A stretch of 63,790 bases of DNA, filler included, from Guillardia theta CCMP2712 (taxonomy: Eukaryota > Protista > Cryptophyta): NCBI RefSeq assembly GCF_000315625.1. It is 6 parts of 6 records of this genome, joined end to end, with 100 filler letters (N's around TTAATTAATTAA, not from the genome) between each part and the next. Parts side by side here need not be neighbours in the genome. Positions count along the whole stretch, not along the records: positions 43,059 to 56,241 come from NW_005434523.1; positions 56,342 to 61,931 come from NW_005434199.1; positions 62,032 to 63,790 come from NW_005434428.1; 3 more parts are not named here. One strand, written 5' to 3'. Positions 46,523-62,667 of this stretch are shown here, piece by piece (within the stretch, counting starts at the first letter, position 1; each line of letters opens with the position of its first letter). The translations under genes were made by a program, and so were the position numbers. The notes beneath the pieces were generated by a model. It did no database searches. It was not told the DNA's origin and was given only the letters and a program-made list of their open reading frames with translations.

Positions 46523-48571
46523 TTTGATTTTTGGAGAGAAAAGAAATAAATAAATATGGGCCAGTGGTGGGTGACAATAATAAACCAAAAGTTAAAATCA
46601 ATTTATAATAAAAGGTAAATGGTGTATTTACTATTAGAAGAGGATAAAATAGCCAATTATATTATAAGACCAGAACTAGAGAGAGAGATTAAAGGTAAGC
46701 ATAAACCCTCCACAATAAAAGGAACCCTCCACAAACCTTCCACATATATTTGAAGAGTGAAATGGTAATAGAGAAAGGGGTTGTGTGGAGGGTGTGGAGG
46801 GTTTGGAGGGTGTGGAGGGTTGAAAGTTGAATTGGGGAAAATCAAAAAATATTTGGGAGGAGCAAAATCAAACCCTCCACCCTCCACACCTGCCACGGTG
46901 TGCTCAAAGAGCACTGTGCAGAACGGCAGAGTTTCATCAATGATGATTGTTTTCTTTTTATTCGGTTCAGGTCATCGGTAGGGTGCTCCGGGGTCACCGT
47001 GCAGAACGGCAGAACGGCAGAAGGGAAGAACGGCCATTGGTCACCAAGGGGGGAGCAAGCTCCCGCGGCAAGGCTGCGCCATGCCTTTCCGCCCCCTTGC
47101 TGAAATCATGTGAAAGCCTGACGAGAATGATAAGGGAAAGTGATAGAGATAAGAAGGCAATGTTGTTCATAGTTGAGTCACGAAGGAAAAGTGTAATACG
47201 TCAAAAAAGTCACGAAGAAAAAGTGTGATACCCAAAACGGTCAAATAAGTCAAGTGGTATTAAGCTGCTAGCGGCTCTTAACTTTGAGTAAAGGGCTCAT
47301 AGTACAGTCTACCCGGTACCGTACGGTGATGAGGCTCAAACCCCCGTGAGCGCGTGGGCGGCTGCCAGGCTGTGGGGTTATTAGCAAGATCCTACCACCC
47401 CCCTCTGTGTACTGCCGTGGTACGGTACCGCAGGTGAACTGGTGATTTCACTTAACCTTGAGTAAAAGATGTGACAGTGAACAAACTTTGAAGTCCGTCA
47501 GGGGAAAAGTTGACAACTTGACCAGCTAACGGCGGGGCCACAGCCTCAAGCTCGACTCCCTTCGGTCTGGCTGGGCCGGGGAGTCGTGAATCCACTTGTC
47601 AAGATTTTGACGCTGAGGAGTTCAAAAGTCGCATTCATGTGACCTCCAGAGTACGTACTTTGCCCTGGGGCTCTGGAAAGAGTTTTTTTCGAGGGCATAC
47701 TATCAATAAGTGCTTTTAAAAATTGTTTTTTCTTCATTGGTACAACATTTAAAAATAGGAGACTTGAAAAGTGCAATCAACTTTCTCTTGCACCCCACCC
47801 CTTCTACTACTATGAAGTGGGGGTAGAAAGTCACTTCGAGCATCCCCACCCATGAATTCATATCACCCCCTCCTTACCCGTACCCTACCTCAAATTCCAA
47901 GGAGGTTGAGTCTGAAAAGGGAGGTAGGGGTTATCAACTTTTCAAACGCCCCGATCTTCCGAAGTCGTGGATCGCCTCTCCCAGATGTGTACCCCTGAAC
48001 CCGAGAGGACCCCACTAAACTACCATAAACTACCCTACCTTTCCTAACGCTACCCAATGCAATGTATCTTTGGACCCGTCCTGGAAGCCACACGGCCCCG
48101 CCCTTCACCCCATAGAGCCGTTACGACCAAGCTAGAATCCCAGGGTGGGGTAGTCCATGACCCCACCCAATCTTTTGAGAGGCGAAATTTGCTACTTGGA
48201 AGGGGTACTCACTAATAATGAACTTCAGTGATGTCTCGTTCCTTCAAACCAGCTGCCGACGGGTCAGAAAGTAAACACTACCCCTGTAATCTGCTGCTAG
48301 GGAATCTGAAATGGACCCGTCCCTTTCGGACCACCACCCCACTCTGACGGGGGCATTGAAGTACCGTTACCACCCTCGAATAACCATATCACCCCTACCC
48401 CCCAAAGCAATTTTACCACCGAGCAAAATTCAAGGGAATCACCAGGCTCTGACCTGATTCCTAGGTACCCCCACCCACCGTCTGTGTACCCCCACCCCTC
48501 CATTCCCCCTGCGGGATTCCCTTTTTCAAAGCATCTCTTACCCAACGCTAACACGTTCGTTCTCCCCCACC

Positions 48572-51306
48572 ATGCGGAGTCGCTCGTCCCTGATGGGGCT
48601 GTCCTCCGTCCTCCTCCTCCTCCTCCTCTCCCACAACGCTCTCGCTGCTGACTACGGCCAGCTCTGCTACTCGGCTGAGGAATGCCGCTCAGAAGAAGCT
48701 CCCTACTGCCAGTACTTCTTCACTGACAACACGTACAAGGACAACACTCAGTCCCGAGGTTGGAGCAAGCCAGCGGATGAGACAAGGCCGCGCAAGTTCG
48801 GTCTCTGCGTGCAGTGCATCTCCGACTGCGACTGCGGCGTCAACGAGTACTGCGGCATCGACAACAAGAACCCTGTTGTGATCCCCTACAACCTGACGTC
48901 CAACAACACTGGCACTGGCCTCACCCCCGGAAGGAAGCTCACCATGATGGTGTATGCGAAGCAGTTCGAGGGCCTCCCCCTCCGCTCCAAGTGCAAGAGC
49001 TACGACCTTCCCAAGTCCAACTGCGACACCTCCCTTGACAAGAGCGCTTACGTCATGAGGGTCAACACGACTGTGCCAGTGACCTCTGCCAGCGATACCT
49101 CAAAGGTCTTGTACATCGACAATCGTGTCCCATCGGGATGGCCCAAGGAGGCAGAAGGTAGGACGAGGATGTAGCTTCCGCATGCCATGGCGACCTGACT
49201 CTTCTCGAATCCTCAGACAGGTACTGTGGCCGAGTAAACTCTTGGGCTCCCGCGTTCTACCGTGCGGTAGTCATGGGCAATAAGCCTGAGGCGTTCCTGG
49301 CATCGAACGCTGTGTATCTGAACTCCACCGCCATGTCCACAGGAGGCCTGTACAACACTCCAGCTACCTGCGTTCCTGTGAGTTTCTGTCTTTCTTCCTT
49401 TCTGTCAGGATGTTCTCACCCTTTGGAACAGCACGTGGCTTACCGAAATCTCACGGCCTACCCGTCTTGTCAGTATGTCAAAGACTCGTTGACCCACACC
49501 GACAGCTTCTGCTGCAAGGTGAGGGAGCAGTCCCGACCATGTCTCTGTGAGCGCTAAACTTGGTTAGGATACCTCCGCGTTCGCTACGCACAGTCGCGCT
49601 TGTGGATCCTTCGAAACCTCCTACAGAGATTGCGTGGAGGCCTGCCAGCCACTCTACATGATGGGCGGGAGTACCTACAACGCTGCTTCCTGCACGGTGA
49701 GGCCCTTGCAGTACAGTGTCGGCCATCTGACAATAGCAGGGTACTAGTTCGGATGCCACTGTCCAGAAGTTCTGCTCCTGCTTGAATACCTGCAAGGCTT
49801 GCGTCAAAAATGCTAACGGTGGGAAGAGAGAGGAAAAGCAGGAATGGGAGTTTATGCGAGGAAGGGTGTGGGGGAAGTAGGAGGGAGTGAGAGCGAGGAC
49901 TAAACCCTTTCTCTTCAGGCTGCTCTTCAGATACAGTACAAGGAGAGTGCAAACCTTGTACCTTGCCGCCAAGCAATCCTGGAACTAATGATGTTCAAAC
50001 TGCGTCTTCTCCTATCACCGACGGCTACTTTTGCCCTACTACCGCCGTCCAAACACAGACAAACGATGCAACAAAGCCCCTATGGTCCTCGACTGTTCCA
50101 GACACTTACTGCAGGTAGCAGACAGCTAGAGGGTAGGTGGGGGTGTGCTGATAATGTGATGCAGGCCCACATGCGTCGACTGCCTGGTAAACGCAGCTCG
50201 TAACTGCCGGAACAACGGAACTTGCATGGACATGGTCATGGAATTGGAGGTAATAGGAGGAAAGGGGGAGAGGAACAGCGACAGGAGGAGGGGGGGCGGG
50301 GGGGGAGGCAGGAGAGTGAGTGACGATTCCGGTCGGCAGGTGAAGCCACAGTGCTCGACGACGGGAGAGTTCAAAGTGACCATGGACTACTTCTCCTTCC
50401 ACTTCATCTCTCCTCCTATCGACTACACCGGCCACTGCACCCAGACCGACTGCAAGATTTGCTTGTACGGATCTCCTCCTCCCCTTCCGAAATATATCTC
50501 CTGCTCCATCTTTTTCTTTTGCTCCTCCTGCTCCTTAATGAGCCTCCTGATCCTCCTCCCTCCTCTACCTCGTCCTGTTTCTCTTCTCGTTCTCCTCCTA
50601 CTCTGTTTTCCTCCTCTTGCTCTTCCTCTGTCTCCCTTCCCTGGTCGTCCTCCTCCAGCTCGTCCTGATCCCTCCTCCTCATCTGACGCCTGTACTTCAG
50701 GGACGGGCAGGAGCGATGTACTGCCACCGACAACAAGGGACCTAGGCAGATCTGCATCAGCAACGAGTGGGTGTCCTGGACGTCCAAGGAGATCAAGCAG
50801 CCCGCGGTCGACGTTGGCTCCCGTGCTCTCATCGCCATTGCGGTACCTACAACCCTCTCTACGTCTCCCTCCTCTTCATCGCATGCTCCCTCCCCTTCGT
50901 CTGCTCCTCCTTCCCTCCCTTCTGTCACCTTCTCCCTCCCCTTCGGATCTCCTTGTCTCCTTCTCCTTTCACCATCGTTTTTATCTTTCTTCCTCATCTC
51001 TTCTCTTCCTTCCCTCCCCTCCCTCCCTCCCTCCCTCTCGCCCTCCCTCCCTCCCGTCCTCTTTGTTGTGCTTCTTCTTAACTCCTGACTCAGGTCTTCA
51101 CTGCCTTCACCTTCGTCGCTGGGCTCCTCGTGGCCATAACCATCATGCATCAGAAGCCAGCAGCTCCCCAGCAGTTGTACCTCCCAGCTCCCCAGCAGGA
51201 GAAGTACGGAGGCGAGCCTGCTGCCTTCGTGCAGACCCCAGGTGACTACCAGCAGCCCGGGTACGTTCCGACAGTCACGACCGGGCAGCTTGGACAGTAT
51301 GCGTAG
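48572..51306 (+). CDS. Secreted or cell-surface Cys-rich glycoprotein with signal peptide and C-terminal TM, multi-exon
   Basis: Signal 'MRSRSSLMGLSSVLLLLLLSHNALA'; CVQCISDCDCGVNEYC; many N-x-S/T sites; final hydrophobic exon 'VFTAFTFVAGLLVAITIM'. Confidence 0.75.
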
Positions 51307-51849
51307 ACAGTGAGATGTGTTATCATAAACTAGTGAAAGATTGGTGATGGTGGTGGTGAGGAGGGGAGGATGTGAATCTGGTGATGATAGGAGGGGAAAG
51401 AGAGCAGGAAGGGAGAATAATAGAATGAGATCGAGATGTTGTAGTGGAAGTTGAAGGGATCGATAAACTGTTTGCTCAGTGTTCAGAAACGAAAGGACTT
51501 GAGAAGCCGTGTCATGTCGTTAGTGAGGGGTTTGAGGCATATTGCAGCTGGGGAAGACAACCATGAAATGATGGATGAGAAGTGATGGAAATCTTTTGAA
51601 ATTTGAGAAGATGGAAGAGGGTTTTGACATCATCACGACATGCAAACGTGAGTTGAAATGATTGCAAGATCAATCAATCATATTCAAGTTCCTCTCATAC
51701 GCCATTGAAGAATATCAATTCACTTTTCGTGACTTGACACATGTCAACCTCAGAGACGTAAAATCACAAAATTCTTTTCATCTCAAACTATAAATCATAC
51801 GATCTAATGGCACATCTAAAATTCTTTAGCTGCATAAGTTTACCTCGAT

Positions 51850-52320
51850 TTCCCAGCATACCCTGTTACAGAGAAGAGAGACTTTCTCAGCTTCAGTCCA
51901 GCTGATCTGTTGAACACCTTTTCCCAGCTCACACCTCCATCGTCCGTCATGTATCTGACAGCGGAATGTCAAACGCTCAGTTGCAAATAGACATGAGAAC
52001 AACATGTTGTTTCCATGGTCAGCTACAAACCCTCGGGACTCTTCGCAGAAGTCAATGATGTCCGAGGCCTGTTGTGTTTGTGTCTGTTAGCTCTTTCCCC
52101 TCGTTTGTAGCTTCTTTGCAAGCTCAAGAAGATAAAATACTCACAGCAACGTTGTGGGGGTGAATGTTTTGAAGATTTTCCCATGTGCGCCCTGAGTTCG
52201 ACGATTTGAAGATTCTGCCGTTGAAGAGGATGAAGATGGTATTACCAACCTGAACAAAGTGAGAGAAATGGACTTCAACGGGGAGGATGGGAAGCAAGTA
52301 GAATTGATGATTATGATGGC

Positions 52321-52401
<81 letters not shown>

Positions 52402-52691
52402 GATGGCGATGATGATGGCGATGATGATGATCAAGAGGAGGAGGCGAAGGAGGAGGAGGAGGAGGAGGAGGAGTAGCAGCGGCATTGAAGTAATCAGTTC
52501 AACTCACTCTCACAAGACGATCGATTGTTTGGTCAACATCCAATTTGAATGTTCTTGACCAACTCAAACCTGAGGGATCTTAGGCATAAGAAGCATGAAC
52601 GATTCCTCCTGCTCCTGCTTCTGTCTCTAGTCCTACTCCTCTTCCTGCTGCTGCTGCTGCTGCTCCTGCTGCTCCTGCTGCTGCTGCTGCT

Positions 52692-52742
<51 letters not shown>

Positions 52743-52752
52743 TCTGCTCCTG

Positions 52753-52796
<44 letters not shown>

Positions 52797-53382
52797 CCTG
52801 CTCTTCATGCTGCTGCTCCTCCTCCTCCTCCTCCTCCATTACCTTGATCTTCGCTTCTTTGTACACCTCCAGCTCCTGCTCAACTGAATGAGGTGCTGAG
52901 ATGGAAAATCGCGCAGCAAACGCACCAGCAACGAGCAAAGTCCCATCGTCCGCAACGCAAACATGTTCCAGGAAATAACCGCAACACAGTAAACTTGTTG
53001 CGATCTGCCTCCGTCCATGTTCATAACAACCTCCCCACCTAAATTGGAACATCATTGAGTTGTTTGCAAATGACAAAATCAAGCTGCTGTTACGATTCGT
53101 CAATTCTTTGTTGTGTAATTCGCTCCATCACGATTTTCTCTTGCGCCTCATCCTGGAACGAAAGTGATGACAATGATGATGGAGATGATAATGATGATGA
53201 AAAACTGATGATGGAGGAGGAGCAGGAGGAGCTGGAGGAGCTGGAGGAGCTGGAAGGAGCGGAGGAGGAGCAGGAGGAGCAGGAGGAGCAGGAGGAGCAG
53301 GAGGAGCAGGAGGAGCAGGAGGAGCAGGAGGAGCAGGAGCAGGAGCAGGAGCAGGAGGAGCAGGAGGAGCAGGAGGAGCAGG

Positions 53383-53424
<42 letters not shown>

Positions 53425-54950
53425 AGGGAGATGATGATCCAATCTGCGATAACATACATTCTCAATTTCCTTCTTCTTTTCAACACAACGTGTCTTGCTG
53501 ATCTCAAGCTTGTCGATTTCTTTAAGGATCGATCGTCTCCTGTTCTGCTTGTCTTTGCTGCAGAGACATCATCAGCGCAAGCACCATCAACAGAAGTTTT
53601 ATCTTACTCTTCCACATCAGTCCTCTTGCTCGTAAGATTTCTATCGACTTCCTGGATTCACCCATGTCAATCACCAACATCATATAAAAGATGTGACAAA
53701 CCTCAATCGACATGTTGTTCAATTCTGCTATCTTCCGTAGTCCCTCCAGATTTCTCTCACATTTCTCCTTCACGCGTTGCAAAAATCTACCATCATCCAT
53801 CATTGCCACTTGCGATTACAAACAATCACCTTGCCTCTGCAATCTTTCTTCATTCTCCACAAATTCCTTCTTCTTCATTATCCACTTTCCTGTTTCTTTC
53901 CCTCCACCGCTCCCTTCCTCCTTCGCACGAAGGGAGCACCTCTGAACCGTCAAGTTCTTAGTTGAAACTTCAAACAGGATGAACAAAAAAGATCACATGA
54001 ATGTCAAACTGCAACTCTCTTCTTCTACATTCCAGCAAGTCCAGAAACTCCAACAATTTCTCCGATATGCGAGAAAGCAATCTATTTGAAGGCGAAACAT
54101 CTCATCAAATTTTCAATCTTTGACTCGCCATTCCGATACCTCAACTCTCCGTCGTTGTCCTCACCCCAAAGAGCAGATTCAGCCTCGTCGAAATTGAAAT
54201 ACTGTAGCAATACAAGTGAGGACACGAGCCGTTGGATGGAAAACAATCAACAAACCTCACGATCTCTTGAATATTCTTGCAAGATGCTCCCGTGCTCAAT
54301 CTTGAAACCCTCGACTGATTCTGAGAAAAATGTCTCAGGTAGAGTATGCGAAAGCAAGTGTTTGTTGGTGAATGTGAAGGCAACAGATGATGAATGTTTA
54401 CCCTCCTCGCTCCTGCTTTCTACGTTTTCCTTCTGACTGCCCCCATCAATCTTGTCCGGTTGTAAAGCCTTCCAGTTTCTGCCGTTGTCCTCGCTCAAAA
54501 CAAGAAACGACCTTCCTTGTCCTGTTTGTACAAGAACACAACCCAGCTCGTTTTCCTTCCCACCGAAGCCCACATCCATCATACGGCATTCACTCTCATT
54601 TTCACCGTTTTGCAATGCTTGCATGATGAACAACTCAACGAGTGAAAATGACCTCCCACCGTTCCTTGAACAATACATCTTCAACACGAGTGATTCTTCA
54701 TCCCCATGCACAGACACAGAGGTCGGAGTTTCGTCCCAAAAGTACATGTGGGATGAGTCAACAATGTACAGTTTGCTGTTTGATGACAGACTTGACATGT
54801 CGTGTATCCTGAGATGTTCTTTGAGCTGTTGTTGCTACAGACATCAAAGATTTTACCTGTCTCCCTTCTTACATTCTTGCGCACATTCCACGTTTTTCAG
54901 ACCATCTTGACTGATGTACACCTTTCCATCTGCCTGCGCTATGATGCATG
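51850..54950 (-). CDS. Large low-complexity protein with Asp-box/BNR repeats; boundaries and exon structure uncertain
   Basis: Asp-box-like motifs CSRNGGRSF, SEDNGRNW, and TDDGGVSW (~51920-51950). Confidence 0.5.
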
Positions 54951-55267
54951 TTCCTGCACTGAGTGAAAAAAATGTCAAGGATGTTGAATCACAGCAGTTA
55001 TGTAGAATTTGTTCATAACACTACATGACAGCAAACAAGCGAAGTATGAACCTTCCAGACAACGACATCAACGTGTAAAGTGCAACCCATTACAACCATT
55101 TCAATTTCGTTGCATCACAGTCATATGATGAGGAGTACCTTGTGACCGAGCAAGAAGCAAGAGGAGGAAACTTCCTCGAGGAAGAAAAACTTCGGAAACC
55201 GTCTCGACTCAACTTCACTTCGCACTTCTGCTCGTCTTCATCATATAGCCCGAGAAGAAACCAACCC

Positions 55268-55297
55268 CTAACAGCAACTTGTCACCCTCCTCACAAC

Positions 55298-55341
<44 letters not shown>

Positions 55342-55342
55342 T

Positions 55343-55375
<33 letters not shown>

Positions 55376-56143
55376 TCCATCATCACCATCATCATCATCA
55401 TCATCATCGTCATCATCATCATCATCATCGTCGTCGTCATTATCAAAAACAACATGTACTGACTGAGCTCGTGAAGAAAACGCCATCGAGACCTCTCCTG
55501 ACAACTCCCTCTTGCCCTCCCCAACCAAACAGACAGCCATCTTCTCCGTCCTTGCCCGGTGAAGCTCCGCCTCAAACTGCAGGTACCCCATCATTTTCAT
55601 CTTCAACCCTGCACCCTCCTCGCTGACGTCCATGGGCGTCTTCCCTTCCTTGTTCTTCAATGCTGGACTTGCTCCAGCATCCAACAGGTACTCCACCAGC
55701 TCCTCCTCCTGCGCCTTCACGGCAATATGCAGCGCCGAGTTCCCGTCGATGTCCGCCATGTTCACGTCAGCACTTGCGTTGATCAGTTGCATGGCAACTG
55801 CCGCTTGCCTCGCATGCACAGCATGCCATAGCGCCGTCCGTCCTGTTCGATCCGCCTTGTTCACCTGAGCATGCAGCTCGTGGCAGAGGAAGGAGACAAG
55901 CTCTTCATGGCCGCTTGCCGCTGCGACATGCAGGACAGTCCGCCCAAGGTTGCCTCCAGCGAGATCTACTGTCTGCTCTCCTCCTCCTCCTCCTCCTCCT
56001 CCTCCTCCTCCTCCTCCTCCTCCTCCTCCTCCTCCTCCTCCTCCTCCTCCTCCCATCTGTACCATCATCCTTTTGAAGTAACTCACGTCTCCTGGGATTA
56101 CAAACCGCCGGCTCCTGTTTGAGATCCCTTGGCGAGGTTGCAT
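55268..56143 (-). CDS. Ankyrin-repeat protein, probably partial and multi-exon
   Basis: GRTVLHVAAASGH, GRTALWHAV, GNSALHIAV, GKTPMD. Confidence 0.9.
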
Positions 56144-56341
56144 GCAGCTACAACTTCATCATGAAGGAGTAAAGTGGACTCGAGACTGCTGGCCTCTGCT
56201 CTCCTGATGGCGTTTGAGGGTTTGGTTCGTCACCCGGACTTNNNNNNNNNNNNNNNNNNNNNNNNNNNNNNNNNNNNNNNNNNNNTTAATTAATTAANNN
56301 NNNNNNNNNNNNNNNNNNNNNNNNNNNNNNNNNNNNNNNNN

Positions 56342-58283
56342 CGTGATCACTTCACCACCATGTTGTCTTACAGGAATCATAAGCAGATCCTTCGATTCCT
56401 CGAACCCAACGTTTCCTTCAAACCCGATGGACTTGTCCACTTCAAACCCCCTGCAATCATCCGCATCCTCTCTTAGAGCCTTTTCCAGCTCCTCCATATC
56501 CTCGCTGAGGCTCTTGTCCTGGATATCTTCCTCCTTGTCCTGCTCTTCTTCCTCCCATTCCCTCAACTCCTCCTCCTCCTCCTTGCTCCGCTTCTTGACG
56601 GGACGATCCATCTGTGTACTAGACGCTTTCATCTCCGAAGTGACATATTCAGCAAGGTCCTGCCACGGATCTTTCTCCACCTCCTGCTCTGCTGTGTTAG
56701 AGGGCGAAGTGGTGGGAGATGGAGGAGAAATGGAAGTGAGACGATGAAGAGTGAGAAGAGGAGAGAGAGAAGGAGGAGAAGTGAGATGAGGTGGAGAAGA
56801 GAGAGGGAGGACAGAAGAGAGCGAAAGTAAGATCGAAGGGGAGGGTAGTAATAGCGGGAGTAGCGCAGGGGAGCGAGGGACGAGAGCGTAGAAAGAATAT
56901 GTGGAGGGGGATTTGGCAGCTAAGAATTACCTCGTCCTCGTCATCATCCTTATTTTTCGCAGTCTTCATCTGTTCCCTCAACGCTCGTGATGGATTTTTC
57001 TCTTTCACCAACGATGGTGCTGGTTGTTTCCCGACGACACATGCCCATGGGCTCGAAGTCGCCTCTTCTAGACTTCCAAACTGACAAGAGAAGCTGATCA
57101 GGCGCGAATGATGCGATCGAATGCAGGAGAATGTGTGGGAGAGGATGAGAACAAGCAGTGATAGAAGAGGCAGGGGAGGCAGGAGAGAGGAGACGAGAGT
57201 AGGGAGGGAAGAACAGCAAGGCTTGCAAAGATCATCAGACATTCGTCAGAGACAGCAGGGGTTCTTGAGCATCACCGCTTGATAGTAAGGCCTTTCTCTC
57301 TTCACACCAGCGCTGTTGCAAAAGATAACCCATCTCCCCATCCTCCTCGCCCCCTTGCCCTTCCCTTTCACTTGACCCCTTGCTTCATCCTTGACGAACA
57401 GCAGGGTGAAAGTCCCTTCACTTGACTTCATCTTGTATCTTGCCGTGTCTGTGAACAGGTCGCGACGATCCCTCTCATACATGCCGTTCACCTCGCTCGA
57501 TCCTGCGCCCGAGACGATGAAGCATGCCCCAGGATCTCCTTCCGCTGCCCCCTTGCAGAACTCTTCCTTGAAGATCGCCTTTGCCATCTGATCCAGATTC
57601 CCATCCTTTGTAGATTTCTGACTCTGACTCTGACTCTGACTCTGACTCTGACTCTGACTGGCCTGTTCCTTCTTCAATGCCCGTAACGCTTCATGGTCGT
57701 CTTCAGGAGACGACGTCATGTTCAGCCTCTTTCGAAGCTGATTCACTTTCTCCATCAGACCCTCTGGAGTGAAGGTTTCCTCCTCCATCGCATTCTCTTC
57801 CTGCGTGCGCTCGAACTCCTCAGAAACTGCCCCTCCCTCTCCTCCTTTCCTCTGCTTCTTTTCTCTCTCCGCGATCTCCTTCGCTGCATCGCCGTACTCC
57901 TGCTTCCACTTCCTCTTCTGCCTCCTCATCTGCGACCTGCTGAAAGTGAACCCATCGGGGGTTCGTAGCAGCTTGATCTTCCTATCTCCCTTGGACCACT
58001 TCCCCCCGATGTTCCATGATCCGTACTTGTTGAGCCCTACCGCATTCTTTTTCCCTCCTCGAAGGATGACGCGGCTGAAAGAAGAAATCAAAAGGCCGCG
58101 CGATGTCCTTGCTATGACTTCAGACTCGCTGGGACATTGTGTACTTGTTCTTTCCCATTCCTGGTTCGTCTTGCCGTTGTTGTACAATGTAACGCAGGTC
58201 GAAATTGGAGTACTTCCCTCCAAAGTCATGGACAGTGTCAACAACAACAAGATCATCGTCGCCTTCAGATTAGTCGACGCCAT
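56342..58283 (-). CDS. Hypothetical protein with signal peptide, LRGG motif and 'GAGSSEVNGMY' domain; multi-exon, 3' partial
   Basis: ORFs 57246-58283, exon ~56930-57080 and 56342-56690 are linked by pyrimidine-rich introns. Confidence 0.65.
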
Positions 58284-59127
58284 CTAAATCCTCTCCTCTC
58301 CTCTCCTCTCCTCTCCTCTCCTCTCCTCTCCTCTCCTCTCCTCTCCTCTCCTCTCCTCTCCTCTCCTCTCCTCTCCTCTCCTCTCCTCTCCTGCTCTCTT
58401 CACGCCATGGTTTAGTTTGCATGTGGATCCGCCTGCTCGATCACCCCACCCCTCGAATTACTAATACCCTACCACTCAAGATACCCCTATATTGGCATAT
58501 CTGGACCCCACCTTACACAGGGGTCTTACTACCCCACCCACCATTCTGAACCTAGACATTCATGAGGAATCGAGATGCGCAGCAGATTGGGGAATGAGAA
58601 GAGGAAGAGGGAGGAGGAGGAGGGAGGAGGGAGGAGGGAGGAGGGAGGAGGGAGGAGGGAGGAGGGAGGAGCGAGGAGGGAGGAGCGAGGAGGGAGGAGC
58701 GAGGAGCGAGGGTGAGGGATAGTCAGTAGCGGAAGGAGGAGCCAGCATCAGGAGGGCAAGTTGGAGCACTCCTGACAGTTCGGCCTAGTTGGCAGGGGGA
58801 TCATGTCAAGCACATCGAAAGAGGGAGTATCGAGCAAGGTTTGCTCGTTTCTCAGCTAATCTCAAGATTCTGAGAGCCCTTTCAGCCGGGATTCGGCTCG
58901 TTCAACTCGGGAAACGTAGAGGAGATCATAAAGACCCGGTGAACTCGAAGACCACCTCCTCCCTCTTCCCTCCTCCCTCCTCCCTCCTCCCTCCTCCCTC
59001 CTCCCTCCTCCCTCCTCCTCCACCGCCCTTCTCTTCCTCCCTTCTTCCTCCTCCTTCCACTTCTTATCCCCCTCTCAGCTCTTTTCCTACACCCATCCTT
59101 ATCCTCTCGTGACCTTCCTGTCGCAGA

Positions 59128-61932
<2,805 letters not shown>

Positions 61933-62031
61933 NNNNNNNNNNNNNNNNNNNNNNNNNNNNNNNNNNNNNNNNNNNTTAATTAATTAANNNNNNNNNNNNN
62001 NNNNNNNNNNNNNNNNNNNNNNNNNNNNNNN

Positions 62032-62667
62032 CTTAGCCTCCTGGCGGGCCTCCAGGGGGTCTGAGGCGGGGCTGAAGGCTGCAGTCGGTCTACTGACGGG
62101 CCCGGCCGGCAGGATCCGTCGAGAAACAGGGGGGTCAAGGGAGGTTTTCTTCCCCCTGGGAGAAATGTCCTATGGGTTTTTGGATCTGCGATATAAAAAA
62201 GTCTTGTCTCGGTCACGTGATGTGTCACGTGACCGGTCAGGTGAGCCTGTCAGCCGGGTCACGGCCCCTGTCAGCCGGCTGACATGTCACGGGCCTGCTG
62301 ACACGGTCCGCTGACCGGTCACGGCCGCCCGGAGAGATCAGGCCCCCGGCCAATCTCCGGACACTTAGCCTCCTGGCGGGCCTCCAGGGGGTCTGAGGCG
62401 GGGCTGAAGGCTGCAGTCGGTCTACTGACGGGCCCGGCCGGCAGGATCCGTCGAGAAACAGGGGGGTCAAGGGAGGTTTTCTTCCCCCTGGGAGAAATGT
62501 CCTATGGGTTTTTGGATCTGCGATATAAAAAAGTCTTGTCTCGGTCACGTGATGTGTCACGTGACCGGTCAGGTGAGCCTGTCAGCCGGGTCACGGCCCC
62601 TGTCAGCCGGCTGACATGTCACGGGCCTGCTGACACGGTCCGCTGACCGGTCACGGCCGCCCGGAGA
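62032..62667. repeat. 332-bp tandem repeat (at least 1.9 copies, cut by contig start), palindrome-rich
   Basis: 62032 and 62364 start identical units; contains CGGTCACGTGA-TGTG-TCACGTGACCG. Confidence 0.95.

Larger units (their letters stand above)
44179..46900. mobile_element. AT-rich virus-like island (Polinton-like virus, virophage or NCLDV fragment)
   Basis: Abrupt switch to strongly AT-rich DNA after a poly-G run; two intronless co-oriented ORFs with a 22-bp gap; CCCTCCACA repeats at the right end. Confidence 0.7.
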
